From NCBI RefSeq assembly GCF_006345805.1, contig NC_043022.1, positions 5,704,001 to 5,768,000 of the forward strand: a DNA stretch of 64,000 bases, given 5' to 3'. The stretch is from Octopus sinensis. Taxonomy: Eukaryota. The translations under genes and the position numbers were made by a program. Shown piece by piece: positions 24,686 to 36,984 of the stretch (positions are counted from its first letter, which is position 1; the number at the start of each line of letters is the position of its first letter). Under the pieces are notes generated by a model. It made no database searches, was not told the origin of the DNA, and saw only the letters and a list, made by a program, of their open reading frames with translations.

Positions 24686-25219
24686 TACATCGACCCCAGT
24701 GCATAACTGGTACTTATTTAATCAACGCCGGAAAGATGAAAAGCAAAGACAACCTTGAAAGCATTTGAACTCAGAACGTAAAGACAGATGAAATACCTAT
24801 TTCTTTACTACTCACAAGGGGCTAAACACAAAGGGGACAAACAAGGTCAGACAAACGGATTAAGTCGATTATATCGACCCCAGTGTGTAACTGGTACTTA
24901 TTGAATTGACCCCGAAAGGATGAAAGGCAAAGTCAACCTCGGCGGAATTTAAACTCAGAACATAACAGCAGACGAAATACCAATTTCCTATTTCTTTATT
25001 ACCCACAAGGGGCTAAACATAGAGGGGACAAACAAGGACAAACATAGGTATTAAGTCGATTACATCGACCCCAGTGTGTAACTGGTACTTAATTTATCAA
25101 CCCTGAAAGGGTGAAAGGCAAAGCCGACCTCGGCGGAATTTGAACTCAGAACGTAACGGCAGACGAAATACCGCTAAGCATTTTGCCCGGCGTGCTAACG
25201 ATTCTGCCAGCTCACTGCC
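24686..25219 (-). mobile_element. Head-to-tail trimer of SINE-C
   Basis: Copies at 24686-24796, 24797-24981 and 24988-25219, two of them truncated at the same GAAATAC position. Confidence 0.85.
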
Positions 25220-25372
25220 CTTCTCTCTATGAATAATAATACTGCATTAATTAGTTTGGATGGAAGCATGTCTATCTCTGGGGCTCGGCCAAACATTGTG
25301 GCAACTTTAACTGATCAGGATACTAACTGGAGGAAAGCCAATGTAATTTGATTAAAAAAAATTACCTTTTAG

Positions 25373-25532
25373 CATGCATTAAATGGTTTGAGCCAGTGGA
25401 AGAAGAAGAAGAAGAAGAAGAACAATATAAAAACAATATCCATAAAAACAGCACCGCTATACAAATGATATCACATTCTCTATCATGCTTCTCAATGCAA
25501 ATGAGCGATTTGGTTTTAAACTTTGATAAGCT
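25373..25532 (+). CDS. Candidate internal exon of an unidentified host gene
   Basis: TACTAAC at 25321, acceptor CCTTTTAG, donor CT|GTATGT. Open frame xCIKWFEPVEEEEEEEEQYKNNIHKNSTAIQMISHSLSCFSMQMSDLVLNFDKL, phase 1 to phase 2. Confidence 0.5.
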
Positions 25533-26311
25533 GTATGTGACCTGAAATTTTGGACTTGTTTCAAGAGATAAAGGAAGGATCAATACTAGAGCATTCCTTG
25601 AGGCAAGCCCAGATAACATGTAGTTCTTCAGTGCTTACCATATTCCAATAGATTTTTGATTATTTCAGTCAATGGTATTCTCTGTCATCTGCCAAATGAT
25701 GCGAATATACTGCGGCATAGAAATGTGTGTGTGTGTGTGTGTGTGATGCATGGAGTGGCAGTGTGGTAAGAACCTTGCTTCCCAACCACATGGTTCCGGG
25801 TTCAGTCCCATTGCATAGCACCTTGGGCAAGTAAGTGTCTTCTACAAAAGCCTTGGGGCTATGAGTTATTCTATTCAACACTCAGACGACTCTAACAATA
25901 CAGTTTTTTTTTTAAACACAGTTGGGTGTGACAAAGTGCAAATTAGGCTGTTATTTTTAGCACACCACACAACCATGTGCAGGCTTTAGGTATGAAACTA
26001 GAGTTCTTTATAATCCATTATAATCCATAAATACATCTTGTTAATCCATCTTTGAAGAATTATTATTGAGGTTACTGAAACAGGAATAAATTAGTCTGTT
26101 TCAAATTATGTGTCTGTGTATATAATGGTATGTTTATAGATGTATATGTTATGGGGTGGAGGTGGAGGTGGGGTGCATTAGTATGCAGTATATAAATATG
26201 TGTAGATATAGCCTTTCTTTTCTTATTTTGACACAAGGTCAGCAATTTTGAGTGGTGCAGAATTCGATTAATCAGTCCCAGTGTTCAACTTGTATTTAGA
26301 GTGAGACCTTT

Positions 26312-27881
26312 GTTGGAGACCTTGAAGAGAGGTGCCAGTGTTGGAGACCTTGAGAAGAAGGGCCTGTAATAGTGACCTTGAAGAGAAGGGTTAATGTAGG
26401 AGACCTTGACGAGAAGGGCCAGTGTTGGAGGCCTTGAAGAGAAGGGCCTGTATTGGAGGCCTTGAAGAGAAGGGCCTGTATTGGCGACCTTGAAGGGAAG
26501 GGCTAGTGTTGGAGACCTTGAAGGGAAAGGCCTGTATTGGAGACCTTGAAGGGAAGGGCCTGTATTGGAGACCTTGAAGGGAAGGGCTAGTGTTGGAGAC
26601 CTTGAAGGGAAGGGCCTGTATTGGCGACCTTGAAGAGAAGGGTTAATATTGGACACCTTGAAGAGAAGGGCCAGTGTTGGAGACCTTGAAGAGAAGGGTT
26701 AATATTGGAGACCTTGAAGGGAAGGGCCTGTATTGGCGACCTTGAAGAGAAGGGTTAATATTGGAGACCTTGAAGAGAAGGGCCAGTGTTGGAGACCTTG
26801 AAGAGAAGGGTTAATATTGGAGACCTTGATGAGAAGGGCCTGTATTGGCGACCTTGAAGAGAAGGGCCAGTGTTGGAGACCTTGAAGAGAAGGGCCAATG
26901 TTGGAAACCTTGAAGAGAAGGGTTAATGTTGGAGACCTTGAAGAGAAGGGCCAGTGTTGGAGACCTTGAAGAGAAGGGCCAGTGTTAGAGACCTTGAAGA
27001 GAAGGGCCAATGTTGGAGATCTTGAAGAGAAGGGCCAATGTTGGAGACCTTGAAGAGAAGGGCCAATGTTGAAGACCTTGAAGAGAAGGGCCAATGTTGG
27101 AGACCTTGAAGAGAAGGGCCAATGTTGGAGACCTTGAAGAGAAGGGCCAATGTTGAAGACCTTGAAGAGAAGGGCCAGTGTTGGAGACCTTGAAGAGAAG
27201 GGCCAATGTTGGAAACCTTGAAGAGAAGGGTTAATGTTGGAGACCTTGAAGAGAAGGGCCAGTGTTGGAGACCTTGAAGAGAAGGGCCAGTGTTGGAGAC
27301 CTTGAAGAGAAGGGCCAATGTTGGAGATCTTGAAGAGAAGGGCCAATGTTGGAGACCTTGAAGAGAAGGGCCAATATTGAAGACCTTGAAGAGAAGGGCC
27401 AGTGTTGGAGACCTTGAAGAGAAGGGCCAATGTTGGAGACCTTGAAGAGAAGGGCCAATGTTGGAGACCTTGAAGAGAAGGACCAATGTTGAAGACCTTG
27501 AAGAGAAGGGCCAATGTTGTAGACCTTGAAGAGAAGGGCCAATGTTGGAGACCTTGAAGAGAAGGGCCAGTGTTGGAGACCTTGAAGAGAAGGGCCAGTG
27601 TTGGAGACCTTGAAGAGAAGGGCCAGTGTTGGAGACCTTGAAGAGAAGGGCCAATGTTGGAGACCTTGAAGAGAAGGGCCAATGTTGAAGACCTTGAAGA
27701 GAAGGGCCAGTGTTGGAGACCTTGAAGAGAAGGGCCAGTGTTGGAGACCTTGAAGAGAAGGGCCACTGTTGGAGACCTTGAAGAGAAGGGCCAATGTTGA
27801 AGACCTTGAAGAGAAGGGCCAGTGTTGGAGACCTTGAAGAGAAGGGCCAATGTTGGAGACCTTGAAGAGAAGGGCCAGTGT
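26312..27881. repeat. 28-bp minisatellite, about 56 copies
   Basis: Unit GTTGGAGACCTTGAAGAGAAGGGCCA(A/G)T with no spacers. Confidence 0.95.
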
Positions 27882-28021
27882 TTGGGTTGTAACACGAAAT
27901 AATATTGGCCAGCAATTTTGGAGTAAGGGGTAAGTCGATTACATGGAGCCCAATGTCCAACTGATACTTCATCATCCTTAAAAAGATGAAAAGTAAAGGT
28001 TGACCTCGATAGAATTTGAAG

Positions 28022-28260
28022 TCAAAATGTAAAAACGGAGATAATTGAAAAAGACTTGAAAGTTAATGTAAGATCGTAATCATGTAAAGTGAAGTAAATA
28101 TAACAAATAGAATCGTTGTCCGGTACCGGATCGATCCCTGAAAGTTTCATCCGAATCCATCCCGCAGTTCTTGAGATATCTTGTCTTTGGACAAACAAAC
28201 AAACAAACACAACTGAAAACAATACCTCTGCTTTCACTAAGGCAGAGGTAATTAAGGGCA
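28022..28260. mobile_element. Helentron/HINE-like non-autonomous element remnant
   Basis: (AAAC)n followed by the terminal hairpin TACCTCTGC-N10-GCAGAGGTA and a T-rich flank. The classification is from family knowledge only. Confidence 0.4.
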
Positions 28261-28312
28261 CAGAAACTACCACGCCTATATGCTAGAAGTAGTTGCTAAT
28301 ATATCTCTATAT

Positions 28313-28714
28313 ACTCTTTACTCTCTTTTACTCTTTTACTTGTTTCAGTCATTTGACTGCAGCCATGCTGGAGCACTGCCTTTAGTCGAGCAAATCGACC
28401 CCGGGACTTATTCTTTGTAAGCCCAGTACTTATTCTATCGGTCTCTTTTGCCAAACTGCTAAGTAACGGGGACGTAAATACACCAGCATCGGTTGTCAAG
28501 CAATGCTAGGGGGACAAACACAGACACAAAAACACACACATACATATATACATATATACGACAGGCTTCTTTCAGTTTCCGTCTACCAAATCCACTCACA
28601 AGGCTTTGGTCAGCCCGAGGCTATAGTAGAAGACACTTGCCCAAGGTGCCACGCAGTGGGACTGAACCCGGAACCATGCGGTTGGTAAACAAGCTACTTA
28701 CCACACAGCCACTC
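28313..28714 (-). mobile_element. SINE-A flanked by 91-100 bp direct repeats
   Basis: Repeats at 28213-28312 and 28715-28805. Confidence 0.9.
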
Positions 28715-29063
28715 CTGAAAACAATACCTCTGCTTTCACTAAGGCAGAGGTAATTAAGGGCACAGAAACTATATGCTAGAAGTAGTTGCCAATATATCTC
28801 TATATCTGAATTTTACCTCAAAGGTTATTCTTTATATGCTGGCCACTGATAAAATTCATTAATTTTAATAATTTTATCCTTTAATTATGCTTTTATATAT
28901 ATATATATATAATAATAAAGGTGGCTAATTACCCAGTTTGAGAAACTTTATTCAAAAGGCTCCAGCATGGGGGTAATGGTAAGGAAATTGAATGAGGAGA
29001 AATCTTGAAAGTGTTAATGAGTGTGTTGTCATATGGCAGAGCAGAGGTCAATGGTATAAACAA

Positions 29064-29296
29064 GGCGGCGAACTGGCAGAAACGTTAGCACGCCGGGCGA
29101 AATGCGTAGCCGTATTTCGTCTGCCATTACGTTCTGAGTTCAAATTCCACCGAGGTCGACTTTGCCTTTCATCCTTTCGGGGTCGATAAATTAAGTACCA
29201 GTTACGCACTGGGGTCGATGTAATCGACTTAATCCGTTTGTCTGTCCTTGTTTGTCCCTTCTATGTTTAGCCCCTTGTGGGTAGTAAAGAAATAGG
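29064..29296 (+). mobile_element. SINE-C, full length
   Basis: Complete head, body and tail. Confidence 0.9.
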
Positions 29297-29606
29297 CATA
29301 AACAAGAGAGACTATACAGGTGTGGCGTATCATCCTATAAGGGGTTAAAACCCTAGAAGGGCAACAGGGGGAGAGAGAGTGAAGGAATGGTCCTATTAAA
29401 TAGGTACATATTATTAATCCATTCAATAAGGATTATCAAAATATTAATCCATTCAAACTACAATTCAATTCAATGAATTATATTTGATACGCTCTCTCTG
29501 GTTTCTATACCCAGGAATAGAACGAGCATGTGTGTGTGTGTGCGCATGTGTGCATGTGTGTGTGTGTGCGTGTGCATGCACGCGAATCAACTCTGCGTCC
29601 CCTTCA

Positions 29607-29637
<31 letters not shown>

Positions 29638-29682
29638 TACAAAGCATCTACCCCCTGCCAATATATAATGGTTCTTCAACAG

Positions 29683-29728
29683 TGGCACTGGAGTAGAGTA
29701 TTTCCTGCAAGTCTGTTGTGAATGTTGT
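29683..29728 (+). CDS. Candidate 46-nt exon (L)GTGVEYFLQVCCECC
   Basis: Acceptor TTCTTCAACAG, donor GT|GTAAGC. Only the phase-2 frame is open, matching the end phase of exon 25373-25532. Confidence 0.5.
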
Positions 29729-29834
29729 GTAAGCAAAGTGTTACTCCCCACTGATCGCAGTTAACAAGACCGACAGAAGAGTACAATAGAGGAGTACACA
29801 ACTACACACACACAAATATATATATACATATATA

Positions 29835-29865
<31 letters not shown>

Positions 29866-30162
29866 GTACATGTATGTATTATATATATATATATATATAT
29901 ATATACATACACACGTACATACATACATACATACACAATCACACATATATATATACATACACACATACATGCATACACAATCACACATATACATACATAC
30001 ATACACACATATATATATATACATACACGTACGTATATACATACATACATACACACATATATATATATACATACACGTACGTACATACATACACACATAT
30101 ATATATATACATACACGTACGTACATACACACACACATATATATATATACATACACGTACGT

Positions 30163-30217
<55 letters not shown>

Positions 30218-30473
30218 GAGAGAGAGAGAGAGGGGAATGTATGACAGTGGGCCACTGACTGATGAAAGAAAAGCTCAGCAAGAGTGAGAGTTTGTAGATT
30301 TTTTTTAATAAGCATTTTGTTATTTTGATTTTTTTCCTAAGCAAGCAGAGCAGACATTCTGTACTTCTACGGGAACTGCCCCGTGGTGAAGGCCTCTAAT
30401 GGATGCACCTCAGAGAGAGAGAGAGAGACAGAGACAGACAGACAGACAGAGGCAAAGGCAGATAGACAGACAG

Positions 30474-30508
<35 letters not shown>

Positions 30509-31730
30509 AAGAGTCATACAAACAGAGGCAGAGACAGACAGATACAAAGAGAGACAGAGGCAGAGATAGACAGACAGAGGGAGAGAGAGAGAGAAACAGA
30601 GACAGACAGACAGACAGGTAGACAGTGAGAGAGCGAGAGAGAGAGAGAGAGAGAGGAGAAATTCCAGACATGGAAGCAAAAAGAGGAATTGAGGGCCCAA
30701 GATTATTTTAGCAGAGACTGAGGTTTTTATTGAGGAGGAATATGGACAGGAACCTGATTCCTTCATGGGAAAAAAAAGCCTTATTTGATATCTTTGATCT
30801 TTTACTTGTTTCAAACTTAAGACTGTGGCCATGCTGGAGCACCAGCCTGAAGAGATTTTAGTCAAGTGAATCAACCAGTGGCTTGTTTGTTTGTTTGTTT
30901 GTTTTTGGTTTTATTTTTCTCATTCTTTTTATTAAGCCTGCTACTTATTCTATCAGTCTCTTTTGCCAAACTGCTAAGTTATGGAAATGTAAACACACCA
31001 GCACCACTTGTCAAGTGGTGTTGGGGAGCACACACACACACCTACACCAATGCCCAAACACACACACATACGCATGCACGCACACACAACCAGCACACAC
31101 ACACCAACATACACACGCACGCACGCACACATATATATACACACACACATCAACGTACACACACACACACGCCAACACACATATGTATGCACACGCACAC
31201 ACACCAATGCCCAAACACACACACATACGCATGCACGCACACACAACCAGCACACACACACACCAACATACACACGCACGCACACACACAAATATATACA
31301 CACACACACATCAACGTACACACACACACCAACATACACACATATACGTATTCATTGCATTAATTATCCAAGGTAATAACAGCTTATTTGGAAGTAACAT
31401 CTGATAAAATCAAGCCATAAATGTTTAATTATTTGAGGGTAATAACAGCTTATATGGAGGTGTCATGTGATGTCATGTGACAAGGGCAGGTAATAAATAT
31501 GTTAAATGAAATCAACACTCTGGAATCACTGTCAATGCCCCTTCAGACACCTCCCACAACACCACCATCCACAGTGTCCATGTGACCTTACTTGAACCTA
31601 GCAAACATCTGGGTTTGTCGTTGTCTTTCTAGGCTGTTTACAGAACTTTGTAATTAGCTTGTCGCTTATTAATTAAGCCAACGAGTCGGTTCCTCAAACA
31701 TATTGTTAGCTTACACCTCACACACACATA

Positions 31731-31947
31731 CTCTCTTTTATATACTCTTATACTTGTTTCAGTCATTTGACTGCGGCCATGCTGGAGCACCGCCTTTAGT
31801 CGAGCAAATCGACCCCGGGACTTATTCTTTGTAAGCCCAGTACTTATTCTATCGGTCTCTTTTGCCGAACTGCTAAGTTACGGGGACGTAAACACACACC
31901 AGCATTGGTTGTCAAGCAATGCTAGGGGGACAAACACAGACACACAA

Positions 31948-31978
<31 letters not shown>

Positions 31979-32141
31979 CGACAGGCTTCTTTCAGTTTCC
32001 GTCTACCAAATCCACTCACAAGGCATTGGTCGGCCCGGGGCTATAGTAGAAGACACTTGCCCAAGATGCCACACAGTAGGACTGAACCCGGAACCATGTG
32101 GTTGGTTAGCAAGCTACTTACCACACAGCCACTCCTGCGCC
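31731..32141 (-). mobile_element. SINE-A, full length
   Basis: Complete head to tail. Confidence 0.9.
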
Positions 32142-32771
32142 TATACAAAAGTGTGGTAAGGTAGGTAGGTGGGTGTGTGTGTGGGGGGGGGGACCTAGCC
32201 AGATGGCTGAAACCAATCAAAGGAATACATAGAGTTAAATGTGCTCTAACATCACAAAGTAACAAAACAAAACAGATTTCATCAGTTGAAATTTTAATTC
32301 TAATGAGGTGAAATCGTTAGTGTAAATGAAAATTCTTTTCGAAAGGGGCAACGCAGAGAACTCTAAAACTTAAATTGACTAAAAATTGAATTGTAACAAG
32401 CAGGGGTGAAGCAATGGAAATTTAGTCTTTCGTAGCTGTGATGGTAACACCAGTTCTCTCCCATGCTCCTTTTGAAAATAATTTTCATTAATCACTTTTC
32501 TGTTAATTACTGATATAATTTTAGTTAATTACAAAATTCTTATTAGCTCACTGCATTAAATATGTTGGCCTGCAATTAATTATGTTTTCTTCAGGCAGAA
32601 GGCAATGACCATCTGCATGTCCCAAGGACAGAATCTGTTTGAATGTTCTTAAATCTAACAATTTTTTAAACATCCTATCCATCAAAGATCATGGTCTTGG
32701 CACTGATTAATTTCTGTTATCCCCCCTATTTTTCTTGAAGTCGTCTAGAAGCAAAAATCACATCAGTCATG

Positions 32772-33196
32772 CTAGCGATTGAGGGAAGCTGTGGAAGAGG
32801 TAGACCCAGGAAGACCTCACAAGGAATGGAGCCAGTATGCTCCGATGGATGTGTAATGTCAGTGTGCATACTTGACAAAGTGTAAGTACCTTGAGAGAAA
32901 AGTTAGACCTAAGAAGCATCAGATATGGTGTGCAGGAGAGACAACTGCGCTGGTATGGTCATGTGGCAAGAATGGACGAGGACAGCTGTGTGAAAAAGTG
33001 CCACACCCTAGCGATTGAGGGAAGCTGTGGAAGAGGTAGACCCAGGAAGACCTGTGATGAAGAGGTGAAACACAACCTTCGAACTTTAGGCCTCACCAAG
33101 GAAATGACTAGTGACTGAGACTTTTGGAAATATGCTGTGCTTGAGAAGACCTGGCAAGCCAAATGAGACCATAACCTCGCAGCCTATGCCAGGCAG
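32772..33196 (+). pseudogene. RTE-clade LINE ORF2 C-terminus, 5' truncated
   Basis: ASMLRWMCNVSV...ERQLRWYGHVARMDEDSCVKK...GRGRPRKT...D*DFWKYAV is the characteristic RTE LRWxGHV...GxRxRGRP...W end, with in-frame stops. Confidence 0.9.
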
Positions 33197-33451
33197 AAAC
33201 CATGCTGGAACTCAAACGAGATTTGTACAAATAATCTAAAGTTTGTCACTATTTTTGATGAATCCCAGGATCCTTCAGTTGTTTGGTAATTAGCTTCTTC
33301 CACAATGGCTAGCTGTTCTTCATATAATATTCTGGTTTATATCTGTCATTCATAGATATTATGCTGACAAGACAATGGTTAAACCAGCAGTCGGCGTTGC
33401 TTTGGTAACACTGAATTTCAGTTGTGTTTCTTCTATGCACAGATACCTAGA

Positions 33452-34104
33452 CCACCATACGAGTGTGATCGTTGACAGAGCGGCTAACTGGCTTCCATGC
33501 CAGTGGCACATAAAAGGCACCATTCAAGTGTGATCGTTACCAGCATCACCTTACTGGCACTTGTGCCCGTGCGAGTAGGGTGCCAAGAGCACCATCCGAG
33601 CGTGATCGTTGCTAGAGCAGCTAACTGGCCTCCGTGCCGGTGGCACGTAAAAGGCACCATTCAAGTGTGATCGTTACCAGCATCACCTTACCGGCACTTG
33701 TGCCCGTGCGAGTAGGGTGCCAAGAGCACCATCCGAGCGTGATCGTTGCCAGAGCGGCTGACTGGCCTCCGTGCTGGTGGCACGTAAAAGGCACCATTCG
33801 AGTGTGATCGTTACCAGCGTTGCCTTACTGGCACCTGTGCCAGTGACATGTGTAAAAAGATTCGAGCGAGGTCGTTGCCAGTACCGCCTGGCTGGCCCCC
33901 GTGCCGGTGGCACGTAAAAGCACCCACTACACTCTCGGAGTGGTTGGCGTTAGGAAAGGCATCCAGCTGTAGAAACTCTGCCAGATCAAGATTGGAGCCC
34001 GGTGCAGCCATCTGGTTCGCTAGCCCTCAGTCAAATCGTCCAACCCATGCTAGCATGGAAAGCGAACGTTAAACGATGATGATGATGATGATGATGATGA
34101 TGAT
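33452..34104 (+). mobile_element. RTE 3' UTR with a 137-bp tandem unit (about 3 copies) and (GAT)n tail
   Basis: Period confirmed at 33521, 33658 and 33795. Confidence 0.8.
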
Positions 34105-34106
34105 AA

Positions 34107-34445
34107 ACCAAGGAGAAAGCTGCGATTGCAGGTACAGTTTCCAATACCCTGGTTTCTGATGATGGCCTTCCTTATGCTGGAGTGTCTGCCCACTTCAGCA
34201 TAACGGTTTGCAGGGTCGGCTCAAGGTACCGGCATGTCAGACAGTCGCCGGGGCGCCGGGGGAGGGACGAGACAAAAACAAGGAAATTTCCACGACCGTC
34301 AGCTTGTACACGCCCAAGTTCAGCTTGCCCGGGACGCCAGCAACCCTTGGGCCGGCCCCGGGGGTTTGCCATGAGAAGGAACCGGTCACTGAATGACAAC
34401 ATCGTAAGAACGAGTGACACAAGAACACGTGAAAGACTGCTGTAG
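34107..34445 (+). other. GC/CpG-rich unique segment, possible coding exon (strand uncertain)
   Basis: 113 open codons on + ending MRRNRSLNDNIVRTSDTRTRERLL*, with AT-rich sequence after the stop. An alternative minus-strand reading has a NAGNAG acceptor at 34440. Confidence 0.3.
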
Positions 34446-34599
34446 AAACTTAATTTATCATTATTTGCATTTTGTACAAGAACATATCCACCGACGATAA
34501 TTAGATACACACCTACACAAACACACACATCCACATACACACACATATTTCACAACACACGTAACCATACCTGCACCTGCTTACGTCACATTATATTAT

Positions 34600-35137
34600 A
34601 GACAATGCACGCGCGCACAATACACACACACACATGCACACACGAACACACACATATGCACACACGAACACACACACGCACACGAACGCACACACACACA
34701 CGCACGCACGAATACACACGCACGAACACACACACGCACGCACGAACACACACACGCACACACGAATACACACACACGAACACACACACACGCACGCACG
34801 AACACACACACACACACACCACGCACGCACGAACACACACACACGCACACGAACGCACACACACACACACACGAACACACACGCAAATATAAACAGCAGA
34901 AGTTTCCAATAAACAATACTATTAATCGATATCTGCCACAGTTATAATAATAAAACAATATGAATTGCAATGAAAGGGTGTTGCTGTATTTTCCAGTGAG
35001 ATTTGTAACAACGCATCTATTTCTGACTTTGGCAAACACGTAATTATAAATACGACCACAAAAACACCGTCGTTTATTTCTACAACACTGTCTCACTTGG
35101 AATCCATTCTGCAATGTCCTTCTCTCTCTCTCTCTCG

Positions 35138-35196
<59 letters not shown>

Positions 35197-36255
35197 TGTC
35201 TGTGTGTGTGTTTGTGTGTGTGTCTGTGTGTGTGTGTCTGTGTGTGTGTGTCTGTGTGTGTGTGTGTGTGTGTGTGTCTGTGTGTGTGTGTCTGTGTGTG
35301 TGTGTCTGTGTGTGTGTCTGTGTGTGTGTGTCTGTGTGTGTGTGTCTGTGTGTGTGTGTCTGTGTGTGTGTGTCTGTGTGTGTGTGTCTGTGTGTCTGTG
35401 TGTGTGTGTCTATGTGTCTGTGTGTGTGTGTCTGTATGTGCGTGTGTCTGTGGTGTGTGTCTGTGTGTGTGTCTGTGTGTGTGCCTGTGTGTGTGTGTGT
35501 GTGTCTGTGTGTGTGTGTGTCTGTGTGTGTGTGTGTGTCTCTGTATCTCTGTGTGTGTCTCTGTGTGTGTGTGTGTGTCTATGTGTGTGTCTCACTCACT
35601 CTCTCTCACATACGCCTTATCTTACTCGTGTACACACAGACAGTCTCTCTCTCTCTCTCTCCCTCGTATATACAGTTAAACACACTGATATACATTCTCA
35701 CTCATACGCACTCACTCTCTCACCTATACACTCATTTACACACCTTCTTCTTTTCCATTCACTCCTAGTCATTCATTTCCCCCTCTCCACCGCTCTTACC
35801 CTCTCTCTCTTTCCTATACACACACTTATACCCTCTCTCTCTCTCACACATACATACACACTCACCTATCCTCTCTTTCCCAAACACACACACACACTCT
35901 TACCCCTCTCTCTCTCTCTTTCTCTCATACACACAGACCCTTACAGTCTCTCTTCCACACTCACGCACACGCTTCTATTCCCCCTCTCTCTCTCAGACAC
36001 ACATACTCCTAGCCTCTTTCTCTCTCACAGACACACTCTTACGCTCTCTTTCTCACACTCATTTTCTCTCTCATAAACACACACACATTCTCTCTTACAC
36101 ATTCACACATATTCCTATCACCTTTCTCCCTCGCTCACACACACACACACACACAACCTCCTATCCCCTTCTCTCACTCTCTCTTACACTCACTCCTTTT
36201 CTTTCCCCCCGCTCTCTCTCTCTCACTTACACCCACTCCTATTCTCCCCTCCCCG

Positions 36256-36293
<38 letters not shown>

Positions 36294-36352
36294 ACCTCCT
36301 ATCCCCTTCTCTCTCTCTCTCTCTCACTTACACCCACTCCTATTCTCTCCCT

Positions 36353-36389
<37 letters not shown>

Positions 36390-36440
36390 ACCTCCTATCC
36401 CCCTCTCTCACTTACACCCACTCCTATTCTTTTCCCCCCC

Positions 36441-36490
<50 letters not shown>
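34600..36490. repeat. Large compound microsatellite zone (CA/CACG, TG/TCTG, CT/CA)
   Basis: Directly visible. Confidence 0.9.
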
Positions 36491-36492
<2 letters not shown>

Positions 36493-36984
36493 ACTTTAAA
36501 GTTCCAGTAATGACAATACGAGCTGTCAGAACTAAATAAACTGAAACTGCGGTGGAAGGACAATAATAATCCCCAGGTATTTGGACCTAAATCTAGCAGA
36601 GATTTACTTGTTTTCATTTGCCATGACAATTATAATTGTATGCGCGTGCGGCAGTACATACGCTCGCGCGCCCTCGTGCGTGTGTGTGTGTGTGTGTTTG
36701 GCTGTAAAGCGATGTAAGCAATCCTAAGGCCAGGAGTTTGGTGGGTAACACTTAAACTATTACTGTGTTCAGTGTATCAGATTCGTAACACCAAAACCGA
36801 GGATTGGCCGTTGTGGTAAGAAGCTTGCTTCGCAGCCACATGGTGCCGGGTTCAGTCCCACTGCATGGCACCTTGGGCAAATGTCTTCAACAGTTACATT
36901 TACAGAGAAACACTACAGCCACTGATGCATGAAATGAGATTCTGGGACAATCTCTATTTTTTTTACGATCTCTACCCAACTCAA

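Noticed and set aside
26285-27975. 350-398 aa ORFs, and a possible CRISPR-like array
   Set aside because: Pure 28-bp tandem repeat with no unique spacers and no cas genes. The ORFs follow from a stop-free unit.
34209-34250. Degenerate CCHC zinc knuckle (CRVGSRYRHVRQSP)
   Set aside because: Only two of four ligands are present.
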